From the NCBI GenBank assembly GCA_965178125.1, contig OZ237736.1:1426001-1490000 (forward strand): a stretch of 64,000 nt of DNA, written 5' to 3'. Origin of the DNA: Bilabrum cf. latius (lineage: Eukaryota). The notes beneath the pieces are model-generated. The model saw only the letters and a program-made list of their open reading frames with translations. It ran no database searches and had not been told where the DNA came from. Within the stretch, counting starts at the first letter, position 1, and each line of letters starts with the position of its first letter. Below, piece after piece: positions 40,016-52,349 of this stretch. The translations under genes were made by a program, and so were the position numbers.

Positions 40016-42991
40016 ATGGATGGGGACAAAAAGGCTAGCCGCCTCAGCGCACTTCGAGAGAAGCGCGAGCGTCTGGCTAGGCTTCGTCAGAAAAAGCTTC
40101 AAAAAGCTGCCTCACCGTAAGTCCGCTGTTACTGATATGCGGGCGAGCATCAGCAGAGTTTCACAATGCAGTACAAATACTAGTGTTAATACCAACGGTA
40201 GCGCAGTGAGTTATCCGCGGAAGCTCCACCAAGTGGTGCGCCCTCATCAGATCCTGCGCTGGGATAGCAGCCTGAGCAGGACGGCGAGGCAGCACTAGAT
40301 AGTGCCGCAGTCGACGACATTGTGGATGAATTACTTGCTAGCCCTTCGACCGTGGATGCGATCCCGGCGGAAGTGAGGGCCAGGGTGGGTGCCGATGCAG
40401 TGGCCGCTCGTCGGCAAGAGATTCTGCGCCGCTGCACCTGGGATGGAGGGAAGCAGCGAGCCGTTGCCCTTGTACCTCGACTAGTGGATTCATACAGCAA
40501 AGGTGTTCAGGTTGGGGGCGAGGATGTCGGTGAAATCGGACAATCCAGCGCCAGCCAGGCAGCTGATGGCGGCTCAGAAGACGTTAACGACGCCGGTGAA
40601 GCCGCCACACGTGTCGAGGCTAGTGGCGCAGGCAACGCAATGTAGTCCAAGGAGGACCCCGACGAATAGACGGTAGCCGCGGCGGTGGCAGCCGCCGTGG
40701 ACTCGGAGGAGTACCGCTCGTTCGTCGCGCGCGCAGGCCGTGCTGTGTGGCGAGAGCTCAGGGGCTCGTACGGCCTGGGATCGGTGGCTCCGGCTGGAGC
40801 GGGAGCGGGAGCGGGATCGAGCGAGCAAGGAGACGCCTTGGGGACCAGGCTGGGCGTCAGGTCGGATTTCACGGTGGAGGAGCCCGGGCCGCTGGGGGCT
40901 TAGGGGGCGAACGGGCCGGGACCGGGACCGGGACAGGGGCAGGTGGCCGGCAGCGGAACTGGGGTCGGGGCCGGGTCCGGGGCTGTGCGGCAGCGGTTTT
41001 CGCTGACGCTGGTAGACGCACTGGCGGGCCACAGCGGAGGCGTGACGAGGGACAATGGATCGGAGCAACGGGTGGCGGCAGGCGAGGACGAGGACGAGGA
41101 GCAAGGGCGAGGCCACGGGGGCGCGTCGGCCGTTGCGACGTCGGATCCTGCCTTGCAGCTGGCGCATGCTTCCGTGGGAGATAGGGCTGTCACTGACATA
41201 GCGTGGTGCCCGCAGTACCCGCAGCTGCTGCTCGCAGCGTATGCCCCTGCCTCTGGCCGCGCGGGAGGCCCTAGGCTGGCTGGGCCCGGCAGCGGGCTAG
41301 CGGCGGGAGCCACTGGTTACCTGCGAGGCGACGGGGCCTTCGTGGTGGACGGAGTGGCGGTCGCTGGGGAGCAGGGGCAGAGGAGGCGGCGGCGCAGGCA
41401 GCGGGGAGGCGGAGGGGGTCTCCATGCCCCCGGGGTGCAGGGTGCAGCGCACTCCGGTACGAGAGGAGCGGGCCCGTCCTTCTCCTCTTCCTCTTTTTCT
41501 TCCTCCTCGGCTGCCTCGCTGGGAGCCCTCCGCGCCACCACGGCTGCGTCTGGGCTGGTGCTGGCGTGGGATGCGGCAAGGGGGGACGGGCCAGGCGGCC
41601 CCGAGATGGTCTTCTCGGCCGAGGAGGCCGTGGTGAAGGCGCAGTGGCACCCGCAGCACGGCAGGGTGGCCGTGGGCGGCTGCGCGTCGGGGCGGCTGTG
41701 CGTGTGGGACGGCAGGGCGGGCTCTCGGCCCGTGCTGCAGGCGGCGCCTGGCAGCAAGACTCTCTCTTCCGCGGTGGTGGGCCTCTCGGTTTCCGGCTCC
41801 GGGTCCGGGTGCACGGCCCACGCGGCCTCCGTGGACGGGCAGCTGGCTTCTTGGGACCTCGCCGCCGGGCTGCAGCTGGTGGGGGCTGGGTCCGGGTCCG
41901 GGTCAGGAGCAGGAGCAGGGCAGCAGGGGGCTCCCACGGAGTGGTTTTCGTACGCGTCGACACAGGGCACGTACAAGCCCCCGAGCAAGTCCAAGCGCCG
42001 GATCGGGGTTTCCTGCATGGCAGGTCTGCCCGACGACCCTGGGGCCGTGGTGCTGGGCGGGGCGGACGGCGGCTTGTTCTCCGCGCGGTTCGGGGCCAGG
42101 GGCGCCTCCGTGCTGCATCGGCTGCCCGCCCACGCCGCCGCCGTGTCTGACGTGTGCGCCCACCCTGATGGAGGGAGGTTCGAGGGGGTGTTCGCGACCG
42201 CGGGGCTGGACTGGGCGGTGAGGCTGTGGGCGCCCCGTGCCGCCGCGAGGCCGCTCGTCTCGGTGCTGGGGCTGGGGGCGGCTGCCAGCGCGGTGGACCT
42301 GCACCCGCAGCACGCAGGGGTGGTTGCAACCGCGACGGTGGGCGGGGAGGCGCACCTCTGGTCCCTTGTGGGGCCCGGGGACGAGGTTGTTGGGTCCACG
42401 CTGGCACTGCCCGCGGTGAGGGTGCGGCTGGCACCTTCGTCCCGGCAGCTGAAGGGGGCCGCGGGGGGCAGGGAACAGTGGGGCGGGCAGGGGAGCGCGG
42501 CCACGTGCGCTAGGTGGTCGCAAACGGGGGGCGGGCTGGCGATCGGGGACGCTGCGGGCCGCCTGCACGTGCTGGGCGTGGACGCGGGCCAGGTGGCAGG
42601 GTGCGGTGTGGGGAGGGCACGCGGGGCGCTGCTGCGGTCCGTGCGGGAGGCCGCGGAGGGGCGAGAGGAAGAGGCGGATGGGGCGAGGAGGGCTGCGTCT
42701 GGCGCCGGCGGTGTGACGAGTGAGGACGCGGGCGAGAGCAAGCTGTCCGAGCTGGACGCAGCCGCGGATGCGTCGCACTGGGTGGACGCCCCGCTGGTTG
42801 GTGCGGGCGAGGTGGACGAGGCGACCGGACTGGCGGGCGGCAGGCTCTGGTTCGAGCCGAGCGAGGGCGCTGGCAAGGGTGCGGCGGCAGAGGGCGGCGC
42901 AGTTGCTCCGGATGCGTGGGGAGCCCAGCTGCGCGAGGTCAGCCTCATGGCAGGATTGGCGGGGCAGTCGGGCGACTCCAGGGAGATGTGA
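40016..42991 (+). CDS. Cytoplasmic dynein 1 intermediate chain-like WD40 protein (~961 aa)
   Basis: N-terminal coil LREKRERLARLR, YSKGVQV light-chain-binding-like motif, SEEYRSFV.RAGRAVWREL, RAVTDIAWCPQYPQLLLAAY, TAGLDWAVRLW. Intron 40117-40206. In-frame TAG at 40265, 40643, 40667 and 40901. Ends at TGA. Confidence 0.8.
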
Positions 42992-43279
42992 GTGCTGCTC
43001 TTCATTCTATGACTCTCCCGCCAGAACAACTTCACCCGCCTGCTGTTCGGTGGAAATGTACGTGTGAGTCCCTTGAGTGTGAGAAGCAAAAATGCAGTGA
43101 GAACCGCGGCGGTCGAGGGGGCCACAGCCTGCGTGGTTGCGTCGGAAGCTGGATTGTATGCCTAAGCTGGTCTCGTCAACAAGAGTCCAATTCGATCGCT
43201 TCCGCGGTGGAGCTCTGCCCCAGTCCAGCGGAACCGCGTAGTATAGCTCGGCTCGCTATCATCCGTGCACCGCTTGCAC

Positions 43280-43808
43280 TCAGTCCATCCCGTCCATACC
43301 AGCCTTGCTCCGGGGATCGTTCTGGGCAGCCTCGCGCTTCCTCTTGATGATGTCGTTCCGGCCCTTGTTCGTCTTCAGCTTGATGATCTGAAGGTTGGAG
43401 GGATGGAACGGGATCTGCACGGTGTTACCGGACTGGCCGCTCTTGGTGCGCTTCACCTCCTCGATGTACACGACAAACTTGCGCCTACAAACCCGAGTCA
43501 CCTTGCCCTCCTGGCCGCGCACGGTGCGCTTGTTGCCTACCATCACGCGAACGCGGTCGCCAGTCACCACCGGCATGCGAGAGACGTGGTGCTCCAGCTT
43601 CTCATCCTTGCTCAGGCTGCACACCATCATCTTGTGGCGCCTCTCAGAGTGGGCAGAGAAATGAGCCTTGCGGGCCTTGCGCCGGGACGAGCTGACGTTG
43701 GGGCTGCGACGAGAGGGGCAATGCTGGATAAGGCAAACATCCGATGGATCAGGCCAACTGCACAATCAAAGGATACCACGGCCGCATTCCTGCTTACTTG
43801 AACTTCAT
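43280..43808 (-). CDS. RPL26: 60S ribosomal protein L26 (uL24), 144 aa
   Basis: MKFN|PNVSSSRRKARKAHFSAHS (intron 43704-43797), GD.V.V..G, EGKVTRV.R.K, HPSNLQIIKLK. No TAG codons; ends at TGA. Confidence 0.95.
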
Positions 43809-44183
43809 TATCCCAAATTACCTGCGAGGTAGGAGCAAGAAGCTAAGATACGACCGTTGCAGTACAAGTAGTGTCCATCCGCCGCTACACATGGACGAAC
43901 GCAGATTTTCAAGTGTCCTTGCAGATACATGCACCGACTTAGCAATACAAGTATACAAATAGAACACGGTGGTGATACGACAGCGACGTAGACAACCTCA
44001 AAGCCTCACCAAGCCTCCGAACTGCTCTTTGGTCGATGATTGGTTTGTCGCTCCGATCCTGTAACGTAACTATCTATTTTAATCAGACGTTCGCGAACGT
44101 TCGTTTCCAGTGTTCGTCGAAGGTTCGTCGGTTTCCTCGCAGAAAGTTTCAACTTGGTTTGCTTCAATTCGCACTTTTTCAGC

Positions 44184-45370
44184 ATGCCTGCAAGGGATCC
44201 ATCGATTCCAGTATGGAAGCATCTCCTGGGAGGTGGTCTGGCAGGCGCGATTGAGATCTCAATCATGTATCCTACTGGTAAGTTGGTTGCTCCGGCGGTT
44301 GCACTACCCCGCAGCTTGGGTTGAACACTCCATTGGGGTTCTTTACCAGCTTGTCTCGCAGAGTTTGTAAAAACATAGATGCAACTTCAGAAGAAAACGG
44401 CTGGCAAAATGCAGTTTGCAAACTCGCTTGATTGCGGAGTGAGCCGATCCGAAACGCATCTTCGAAAAGGGTTTGGCGCGCAGAGCAATTCCAGCATGAT
44501 CATACGGATATTTGTGCACGCAGAGATATTTTGTCCGGGAGAAGGGCTTTTTCAGCCTGTACCGCGGAATCACTTCGCTCATTGTTGGCACCGCGCCGAA
44601 GACAAGCCTCCGTTTCACTGTCTTTGGCAAGCTCAAGGAAGCGCTCAGAGACGAGCAGGGCAAGCTGTCAATGTTTAGGACGTGGCTTGCTGGTGCCATG
44701 ACTGGGTTTGTGGAGGCGACTGCCGTCGTCACTCCAGTGGAAACGATGAAGACAGTCATGGTGGCAGACACGAACTCGGCCAAGCCAAGGTTCACCGGCC
44801 TTGGCAATGCCGTCACGACAATTGTTAGGGAACAGGGAATTGGTGGAATCTACAAAGGAGTAGTACCGACGATCGCGAAGCAGATGGGCAACCAGAGCAT
44901 CCGATTCACGACCTACGAGACGCTCAAGAAGCTGCTCCGCAACCGCAATGCCGGCAAGCCGGTTCCCGCGTGGCAGATGATGCTGTGCGGGGGGACCGCA
45001 GGTTTCATCTCGGTGATACTTACGTGAGATCCATGCACAAATATGCGGCCACCGTCCTCTCCTTGTATGTGCCAGACAACCCGCTGCCGCTCACCCGTCA
45101 TGAACCCCCCCCCCCCCCGACCCCCCCCCCCCTCCTCCAACTCTCCCTTGCAGCCAGCCGTTTGACATGGTCAAGAGCCGGATGCAGGCTCCCGGGGCCA
45201 GCGCCGAGTACTCTAGCACGGTGGACTGCGTGGGCAAGGTGCTCCGGCAAGAGGGAGTCTTCGCGTTCTGGAAGGGTACGGCCGCTCGCATCCCAAGGGT
45301 GGCAGTCGGGCAGAGCATCACGCTCGCGGGGTACGACCAGATCATGCTGCTGATCAACAAGGTGTTCTGA
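44184..45370 (+). CDS. Mitochondrial carrier, citrate/tricarboxylate transporter-like (SLC25A1/CTP1 type), 295 aa
   Basis: Three carrier signatures: YPTEFVKT[Q]MQ, TPVETMKT, QPFDMVKSRMQ. Introns 44278-44361, 44439-44523 and 45024-45153 give a typical carrier length. TAG at 44376; ends at TGA. Confidence 0.9.
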
Positions 45371-45667
45371 GCAGGGCAGAGCAGGTTTACCACGCTGCCA
45401 CGCTTCGTGCAGGTGCACGTGTGTGCATTCCACAAGGATGAGTGCTGCGACTGCCAGTGCGGCCGAGCTGGATGAAGCCCATTGCCGGGTGTCGTGTCTC
45501 GAGCTCGAGCTGTGCCCAAGTTGTAGCGAGGCTGCCCCGATGTAGGGCCGCGCCTCATGTGTCCGTGACGAGACTCGATTCGATCAATAACTTCTTGCCT
45601 TTACGGTGCACATACACGTACACGTTTGTACTGATCGCATGCCCCCACATTAGACTCTATTCGAGGA

Positions 45668-47389
45668 TCAGAAACCGGCAAAGGGCGCCGCTCGATCAAG
45701 CGGGCTTCCGGCCCCCACTGCCTGCAGCCGACCACCGATCGCTCGCCCGCTGCCCCGTGTCCGTCCCGCGGCACTCGTCACACGGGCACCCTGCCCCAGC
45801 TCCTGGAGGGCCCTCCGCACGGGCTTGTCCCCGCGGCCCGATGCAGCACCAGCAGCACCAGCAACCGGAGCCGGGCTGGCACGGGCCTGTGACCGGCGCC
45901 CCCGCCCGACCCCTCTCCCGCCCCGGCGCTAGCCCGAGCCCGCCCCCGTCGATATGCCACTGCCAACGGCACCGCGCGAGCTCGAATCTGAGCGCTCGTC
46001 GACTGCGGCAGCGACAGCACGGCCCGCAGATAGGGTGGCAGCAGTTGACCCCGAGTTGGGCCCGTCTTGAGACCCCTGGGGGAATCCCGCTTGGGCGGGG
46101 GTGTGCCAGCTACTGCTCCTCGGACTAGGCGACTGCGGTGGGACCGAGGTGCTCCGGCGCGAGGACGAGGACGAGGACGACGATACGAAGATGGCGCCCG
46201 CTGGAACTGCATCCCCCTGCAGCCCACGAGAGGAGGAGGGGCGAGCAGCCATGATAGCAGGGCGCTGGTGCTCGGGCTGGTTCTCGTCTACTACACCCTA
46301 GGCTGTACCCGTGGCTGCAGCAAAGTCTACTACACCCTAGGCTGTACCCGTGGCTGCAGCAAAGTCTACTACACCCTAGGCTGTACCCGTGGCTGCAGCA
46401 AAATGCCCTGCGTGCCTGCCATGGCCGAAGCTCGGCCTGCCCGCCTCACCACCCCCTGATCGAAACCCGGCGACAGGGACGGGGCTCCCGAATCCGACAA
46501 CTTCGGCTGCTGCACCACCCCCCATCACACCCGCACCTGCACCCGCGCCCATCCCCGGTGCACTCCTCCTCACGGAGGGGAGGTCCCGGCTCCGGTCCAG
46601 ACCTACTGCAGGCATGCTCTCAACGTGTTGCATGCCACTGCCAGCTGACTCGACCGAGCTCCGGTGCCCGTCCGTTGGAGATGCGGACATGTCATCCACG
46701 GCGGTGACGGTACCGGCACCGCCTGAGATTGGCATGGCCTCTGAAGCTGGCGACGGCTCGTCTCCGAAGACAAGCACCTGTGGCACGTCGGAAGAGCCAT
46801 CGTGCTCCTCTCCCACAACCTCCCCGGCTCGAATCACGAAGACCTCTTCCCCATCACGGTCCTCTTCCGCCAGATCCTAGGAGCAGCCGGAATCGCTGCC
46901 GTCAAGCCGCAACACCTGCACGCCATCCCCAGAAATTTTACCTGCCTCGTTCCAGTCGTCCCCGTCATCGCCCCCGCTCCCTGCAAATCGCGCATTCAGT
47001 GCGGCAATTTCTGGATCCTCCTCGTCCTCATGCTGCCAAGCACTGCCCCCCTGCACCTAGTTAGCCCCACCGTGAGCACCGGAAGTTCTCCTGCCTCCCA
47101 TACCCGAGAGAACAGGCCTGGCTGTGCCCTCAGCGCCAGCGCCAAGGGTCTCGGGCCCGAAGTCGGGCTCACCAGGAGGCAGCACTCGAGCAACCCCACG
47201 CAGCTCCCCGCCCCATCCGCCAGAGCCCACCGAGACGTGTACCCCACCACCACCACCAACACCCGATCGTGGTCCGCTTCCCCCGGACATGTCAGAGTCC
47301 TCCAGCGAGGAAGAGGCCTCGCTCGAGTCCACCCAGTCGCTGAAACCCTCCTCCTCGTCCTCATCCTCCCCGCCACCTGTTCCACCAGA

Positions 47390-47425
<36 letters not shown>

Positions 47426-50400
47426 GTCCAGTCGCGGTTTGGGAGTGCTGGGGGAGGCCAGTGCGGCGGGTGATGCCCCAGCCGGCGTGACCACGGCCTG
47501 AGCCCCTACCTCCGTACTGGCCCTCTGTGCCCCGAGGGCGTCCCCCGCCCAGCTCCCCACCGCTAGCTGTTCCTTGCCCCTGGTCCCTGGGCGGGTTGGT
47601 AGCGTGGAGACCGGGCCGGATGGAGCCCCAGCAGCAGTGAATGACGAGGGAGTCGATGAGGACTAGGACGTGGGCGTGAGCGAGGGCTTCCCGGGCGTGT
47701 TGCCGCTGTTGCTAACGCCGAATCCAAAGCCAGCGACTGGCTTAGGTGCTTCGCCGGGACGCATACAGGCAGCTTGTTCCATCTCTGCGCCCCTCGGTTG
47801 GGCCAACATGCCGAGCGTGGTGGGGTCTGCCTGCTGCATCGCTTGCTCCGCGAGGGCGAGGGCGGCCTGCAGCCCTGGCGGCGTGCTCGCCCTATCTTGC
47901 TATGGGGCGGCAGGGCTGCCTAGTCGCTGCTCGTCGGACCGGTTCTGCTGCGTGTCTCCTGCTTCCTCCACGGGTTGGGCGCGCACTAGTGGTTCTGGTG
48001 TTGCATCCTCAGCAGACTCAGGGTCCACGCCCACCTTTTCGTGATCAGGCTAGGCAGACGAGTGCTGCATGTCTTCTCCATCTGCAGCAGTGGTCTGATT
48101 CGTCTTCGACTGCAAGGTACTCTCCGGTTCATACTCAGCTGCCTATTCGGTCTGGTTTTTCGAGGGAGCATCAGCAGAACCGGCGGCTGACTCTCTGGAG
48201 GGCTGTGCAGCCGAACGCGCGAACTCGCTCGAATAGAATGGCTGAACAGGGGAGTCTGTCAGCGCGGGTGGCGGCTGCAGCACCGCTGGGGCAGTCGCCT
48301 TGGCTTGCTGGATGGTGCCGACCACCGCCGCGTCAAGGGCTGCTGCTGCAGAGGCCGCGTTGCCATGCGCACCTGCAGCGCTGAAGATGCGTCCATTCGA
48401 AGCAGAGCCGCGCGGCTTGCTCAGCGGCGTGACTTTCCTTCGTGCGCGACCCGAGGCAGCCCCTCTCGCGGGCGTTTGTTCACGACTGCCGCCAGCGCCC
48501 ATGCCAGTTCGCGTGGGCGTGGATCCGAGCCAGCCTCGGGCCGCAAGATCCCCGCTGGCTTGTCCCCGGTCCGCTGCAGACGGGCCGCGCGGAGGCGTGG
48601 CTGGGATTCGACCAGCCGACCGGATACCTGCACCCAGCTGCTTTTCGACCGGGAGCGACAGGCTGCTCCTCCTGTGCCTCGGCCTGGATCGCAAAGAGCG
48701 AGGGCGTCTCGGGGCCTTCTGGGCTGACTTGGGCTTGGGCTGCCGACGCTAGCGGCTGGGCTGGGTCTAGGCATGCGCACGCGCTCCATCGGCAGACGTC
48801 GACCTGTTTCTGCGTTGCCCACTGGCCGCCTCCCTCTGATGTCTGCCGCCCGCGTGCTACCTGCGTCCATCGCTCGGCAGGGACGGTGGTGCCACCTTTT
48901 CTTTGCTTTCCAATTCGCTGGACTTGGAAACTCGGGGCGTAGCCCGTCGCTCCGAGGCTGGCGATGCAAATGCCAGGCCTGTTGCGGACGTGTCTTCAAC
49001 TGTGGCGGGGGCAGGCTGCGGGCTCGAGGGCCGGGCGTAGGCATTCACGGGCGATTCCGACCGTCGGGTGCGCCTATTTCCAACGGTATGGGCAGCAAGA
49101 TCGGGCGCCGGCTCCTCCACGATTACTTCTGCATCGCTAGTGTTGCTCTGCACCGTCACCTGGATGCCGCCCCGGGTCCGGAACGTGCGGCAGGGTGGCG
49201 CAGAGGAGCGTTCCTTTGCAGCGAGCGCTGCTCCTGATACACTTGCACCCACAGCAGGCAGGAGGTTTGCTCTGCCTACCCTTGGAGCTGCCCTTGAGGC
49301 TGCGTCTAGACCCCCTCGGCCTGCGCCGGCTCCAAAGTCCAGACGCCTTGCAGTGGATGCGGGGGACACTGCCGCAGTGGGACTGCCTGCCTCCAATCCG
49401 TCTCCATGGACATCCATGCGCTCGTCACGCTATACTGTTCCCCCGTCCCTGCTACCAGCTGACGGGTGGATCGGCGTGGCCTCCATCCCCGAGTCATCTG
49501 CGCCGCCGACTCCCATCTGACCATGGAGTCCGTCCAGTTCCGTCGGTGCAGCGTGGCTGCGAATCGGCGACAATTCCAGCTCTGGGTGGCGCATGCATCC
49601 CCGCGGCGACTGCCCTTGCCCTGCTTGGAGTACCGGCTGCAACAAGGAATCCCCATCCCCATCTCCATTTCCATCTCCCTGCGCACCAACCCCGTGCCCC
49701 CCCCCGACCGCCTCAAACCCCGAGCGCTCGGCCATCGATTCATCCCGCTGCCCTCGCGCGTTCACCGGGGAGAGAGGCGACGCAGGGCCAGAGGCAGTGC
49801 GAGAAGCACTCGCTCGCGTGGGCGTAGAGGGGGCACTGCGAGGCCCAGGGCTGCTGAGCGGCCCGGCGACGGAGGACTCGTTGTTCGCACCACTTGCACT
49901 TGCACTAGCACCAGCACCTGCACCTGCATGCCCTGCACCTGCAGTAGTCGGAGCTGGACACGTGGCGTGTTCGTCGACGCCACCACCCTCGGAGTTGCCA
50001 CCTTGTCTTGTTCCCTGGGAATGCTCTCCGCTGGAAGACACGGAGAAGCTGCATGAGGTGGCAGCGGCCTATGCACGGGATTGAGCAGCGGAACCGGCGT
50101 CTGCAGCCGCCGCAGGACCCAGCTCCAGCCGGTCCTCAGCCGGCAAGCTGCCTGGCTGCACCTGACCCCAGCCCGCCCTTGGGGGAGACAGGCTCACAGG
50201 GGAGGAGTGAGGGGACTGTACCACCTGCAGAACGACACCTTGGTCCTCCTCATCGCCCGGCATTAAAGAACCCGTCTCACCCGGAGCAGCAGGGTCGTCG
50301 AGGCCGAGACCAAGCCCCAGGCCGAGAGCCAGGCTGAGGCGGGGCAGCCTGCTTGCAGATCGACCGCTGGTGACACCACCTGCCGTGCACGGGGAGGAGA

Positions 50401-52153
50401 AAGCGCTGCCATTGCCATCGCCATTGCCATTGCTTGCTCGAATCGAGACTCGCCGCCCTTGGACTACGTGGTGCCCACTCGTAAGCGTAAGGGCAGGCGT
50501 GTCTCCATGGCGACTCGCAGCCGTCCCACGGGGAGCAGTGGTCGGGGAAGAGGACGAGGACGAGGATCCTGTCGCCACCAGGCTCGGATCCAGCCGAGGT
50601 GGCGATGGTGCGAGCAAGACAGGCTGCGGGAGGCCGGGCGGGCCTAGCGCCCTCTCTCTTTTGCTCCACCCACGGGGAGCAGCGGGCCTATCCCTGGCAT
50701 GCGTGCCCGCGGCTCCTGCTGGTGCTGCTGCATCGAGATGAGTTCCACCGAGCCATGGAACTGGGTTGATTGAAGAGATGTTCTCGGCCCCTGCACCTGC
50801 CATTGCCACGGCTGCGGCAAGACGAAGCTGCAGCGCAGGCAAAGTACCGCCGTTCACGTCATCGGTGTCCGTCGCATCAGCACTGGAGCGCGACAGCCAC
50901 AGTCCGCTACCAGTGCAATCCACACCAGCGCCTCGCACCGGTGTAGGTCTCACGATTCCTCGCACCGGCGCATGTGTACTGAATGGCGCCGCGCTGTCAC
51001 TGGTCTCATCATTGCACTTGCCTGTCCTATCCTCCACAGCGGGCTATACCCCCCCCGGGTGGCTGCCGCTCCCACTTCCACCCCTGCTCTGAGAACACAG
51101 AGAAGACACCAGCCTGCCAAAGGAGGGTTCTGCGGCGGGATCCGAACCGAGCTCCCAGCTGTCCTCGCGCGCCTGGGTCTTCCCCCCGGCCCGCGACGAG
51201 TCGTTTCGCTCCCTCCCAAACCCCGCCACGGGCCCGGTGCGGCTCTCGGCGGAGTCGTGAATCCCAGCGCTGACAGCGATGCCCAAATACTGGCTGTCAT
51301 CCTCGTCTTCCTCCCCCTCCTCGTCCTTGAAGTCGAGCTGCCTGATGGTGCGCGCCCCGAAGGGCGGCTGCCTCTGCCTGCCAGTGATGCTCTGCACCTT
51401 GCCGGCAGACCCTGGGATCACGTTGCTGGACAATTCGCCGAGAGGCGCGCGACTGCTCGTCTAGTTGGCATCTGTGCTGCTGCCAGTGCCAGTGCCAGTG
51501 GCAGTGGCACTCCGACAACTAGAGCCGCTCTCTCCAGCCGACTGGGTGCAATCGTGCGGGCTTCCAGCGGTGGCTAGCCTGGGGCATGGAAAGGCTTCAA
51601 CACGTCGGGGGCACATAGAATATGATTGCGATTTAGCGAATGGAACAGGTACGATCCGTTCAGAAACGGCAAGGGAGCACGCAGCTCGGGCTCACCTGGC
51701 TATGTCAGATTCGCAAGTCGCAGCAAGCTGGCCGTCTCCAGCAGCCAGAGCACTGTCTCGCTTGCGCAATAGGACTCGAACTATTTCACGCGCCACGACA
51801 GCTGACCGGATATGTGCGGGTTTGCTCTACCGCGTGTTTTGGGCAGCATCTGCGAACCTGACCCGGTGCGATTCGGCACCAACGGCGCTGTCTCCCTCAA
51901 GGACTTCATCAAAAGAGCTAAGTGGCAAGTCTAGAGAGGTATGCTATAATATACTTGGAATTTCCCCGGCGGCAACCCCAGCTTCCTCGCAGAGGTCGCG
52001 CAAGGAGGCCCTTTCCTCCAACAGCAACAGCCTCAGCTTTCGGTAAGCTTCCTAACCGAGTCGCCCTTTGCCGTGCTCTCGAAGCAAGATGGAATAAACT
52101 TGGACATGCAACAATGAGACTGTATCTGCATGCCCGCGAATCGCAGCTAGCAT
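45668..52153 (-). CDS. Large low-complexity (S/G/A/P/R-rich) hypothetical protein, ~2100 aa
   Basis: Successive minus-strand ORFs share one frame and are separated only by TAG (20 counted). One phase-compatible intron at 51579-51695; ends at TGA 45668-45670. Start uncertain (52153 or 52255). Confidence 0.65.
46286..46402. repeat. 39-bp perfect tandem repeat x3, coding FAAATGTA[Q]GVVD on the minus strand
   Basis: gtctactacaccctaggctgtacccgtggctgcagcaaa repeated three times. Confidence 0.93.
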
Positions 52154-52349
52154 CCTGCAGGCCCTGCAATAACCCAAACGGCAGGGAATCTGCTCCGATC
52201 GGCGATTCGGATCTCTGCATGATGCCTCACTCCCAAGGAGCAGTAAACGCAGCATACAGCCGTCATGGCAAACATAGAGGAAATATTTTCGCAGACATTC
52301 TTTAATATTGAGACATTATCGTGCTTGCAGGACGCGTCCGGGAGTGGTG

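Noticed and set aside
45104-45136. Poly-C tracts in carrier intron 3, and (GCTT)n at ~26530
   Set aside because: Simple low-complexity repeats with no further evidence of function; homopolymer length may be unreliable.
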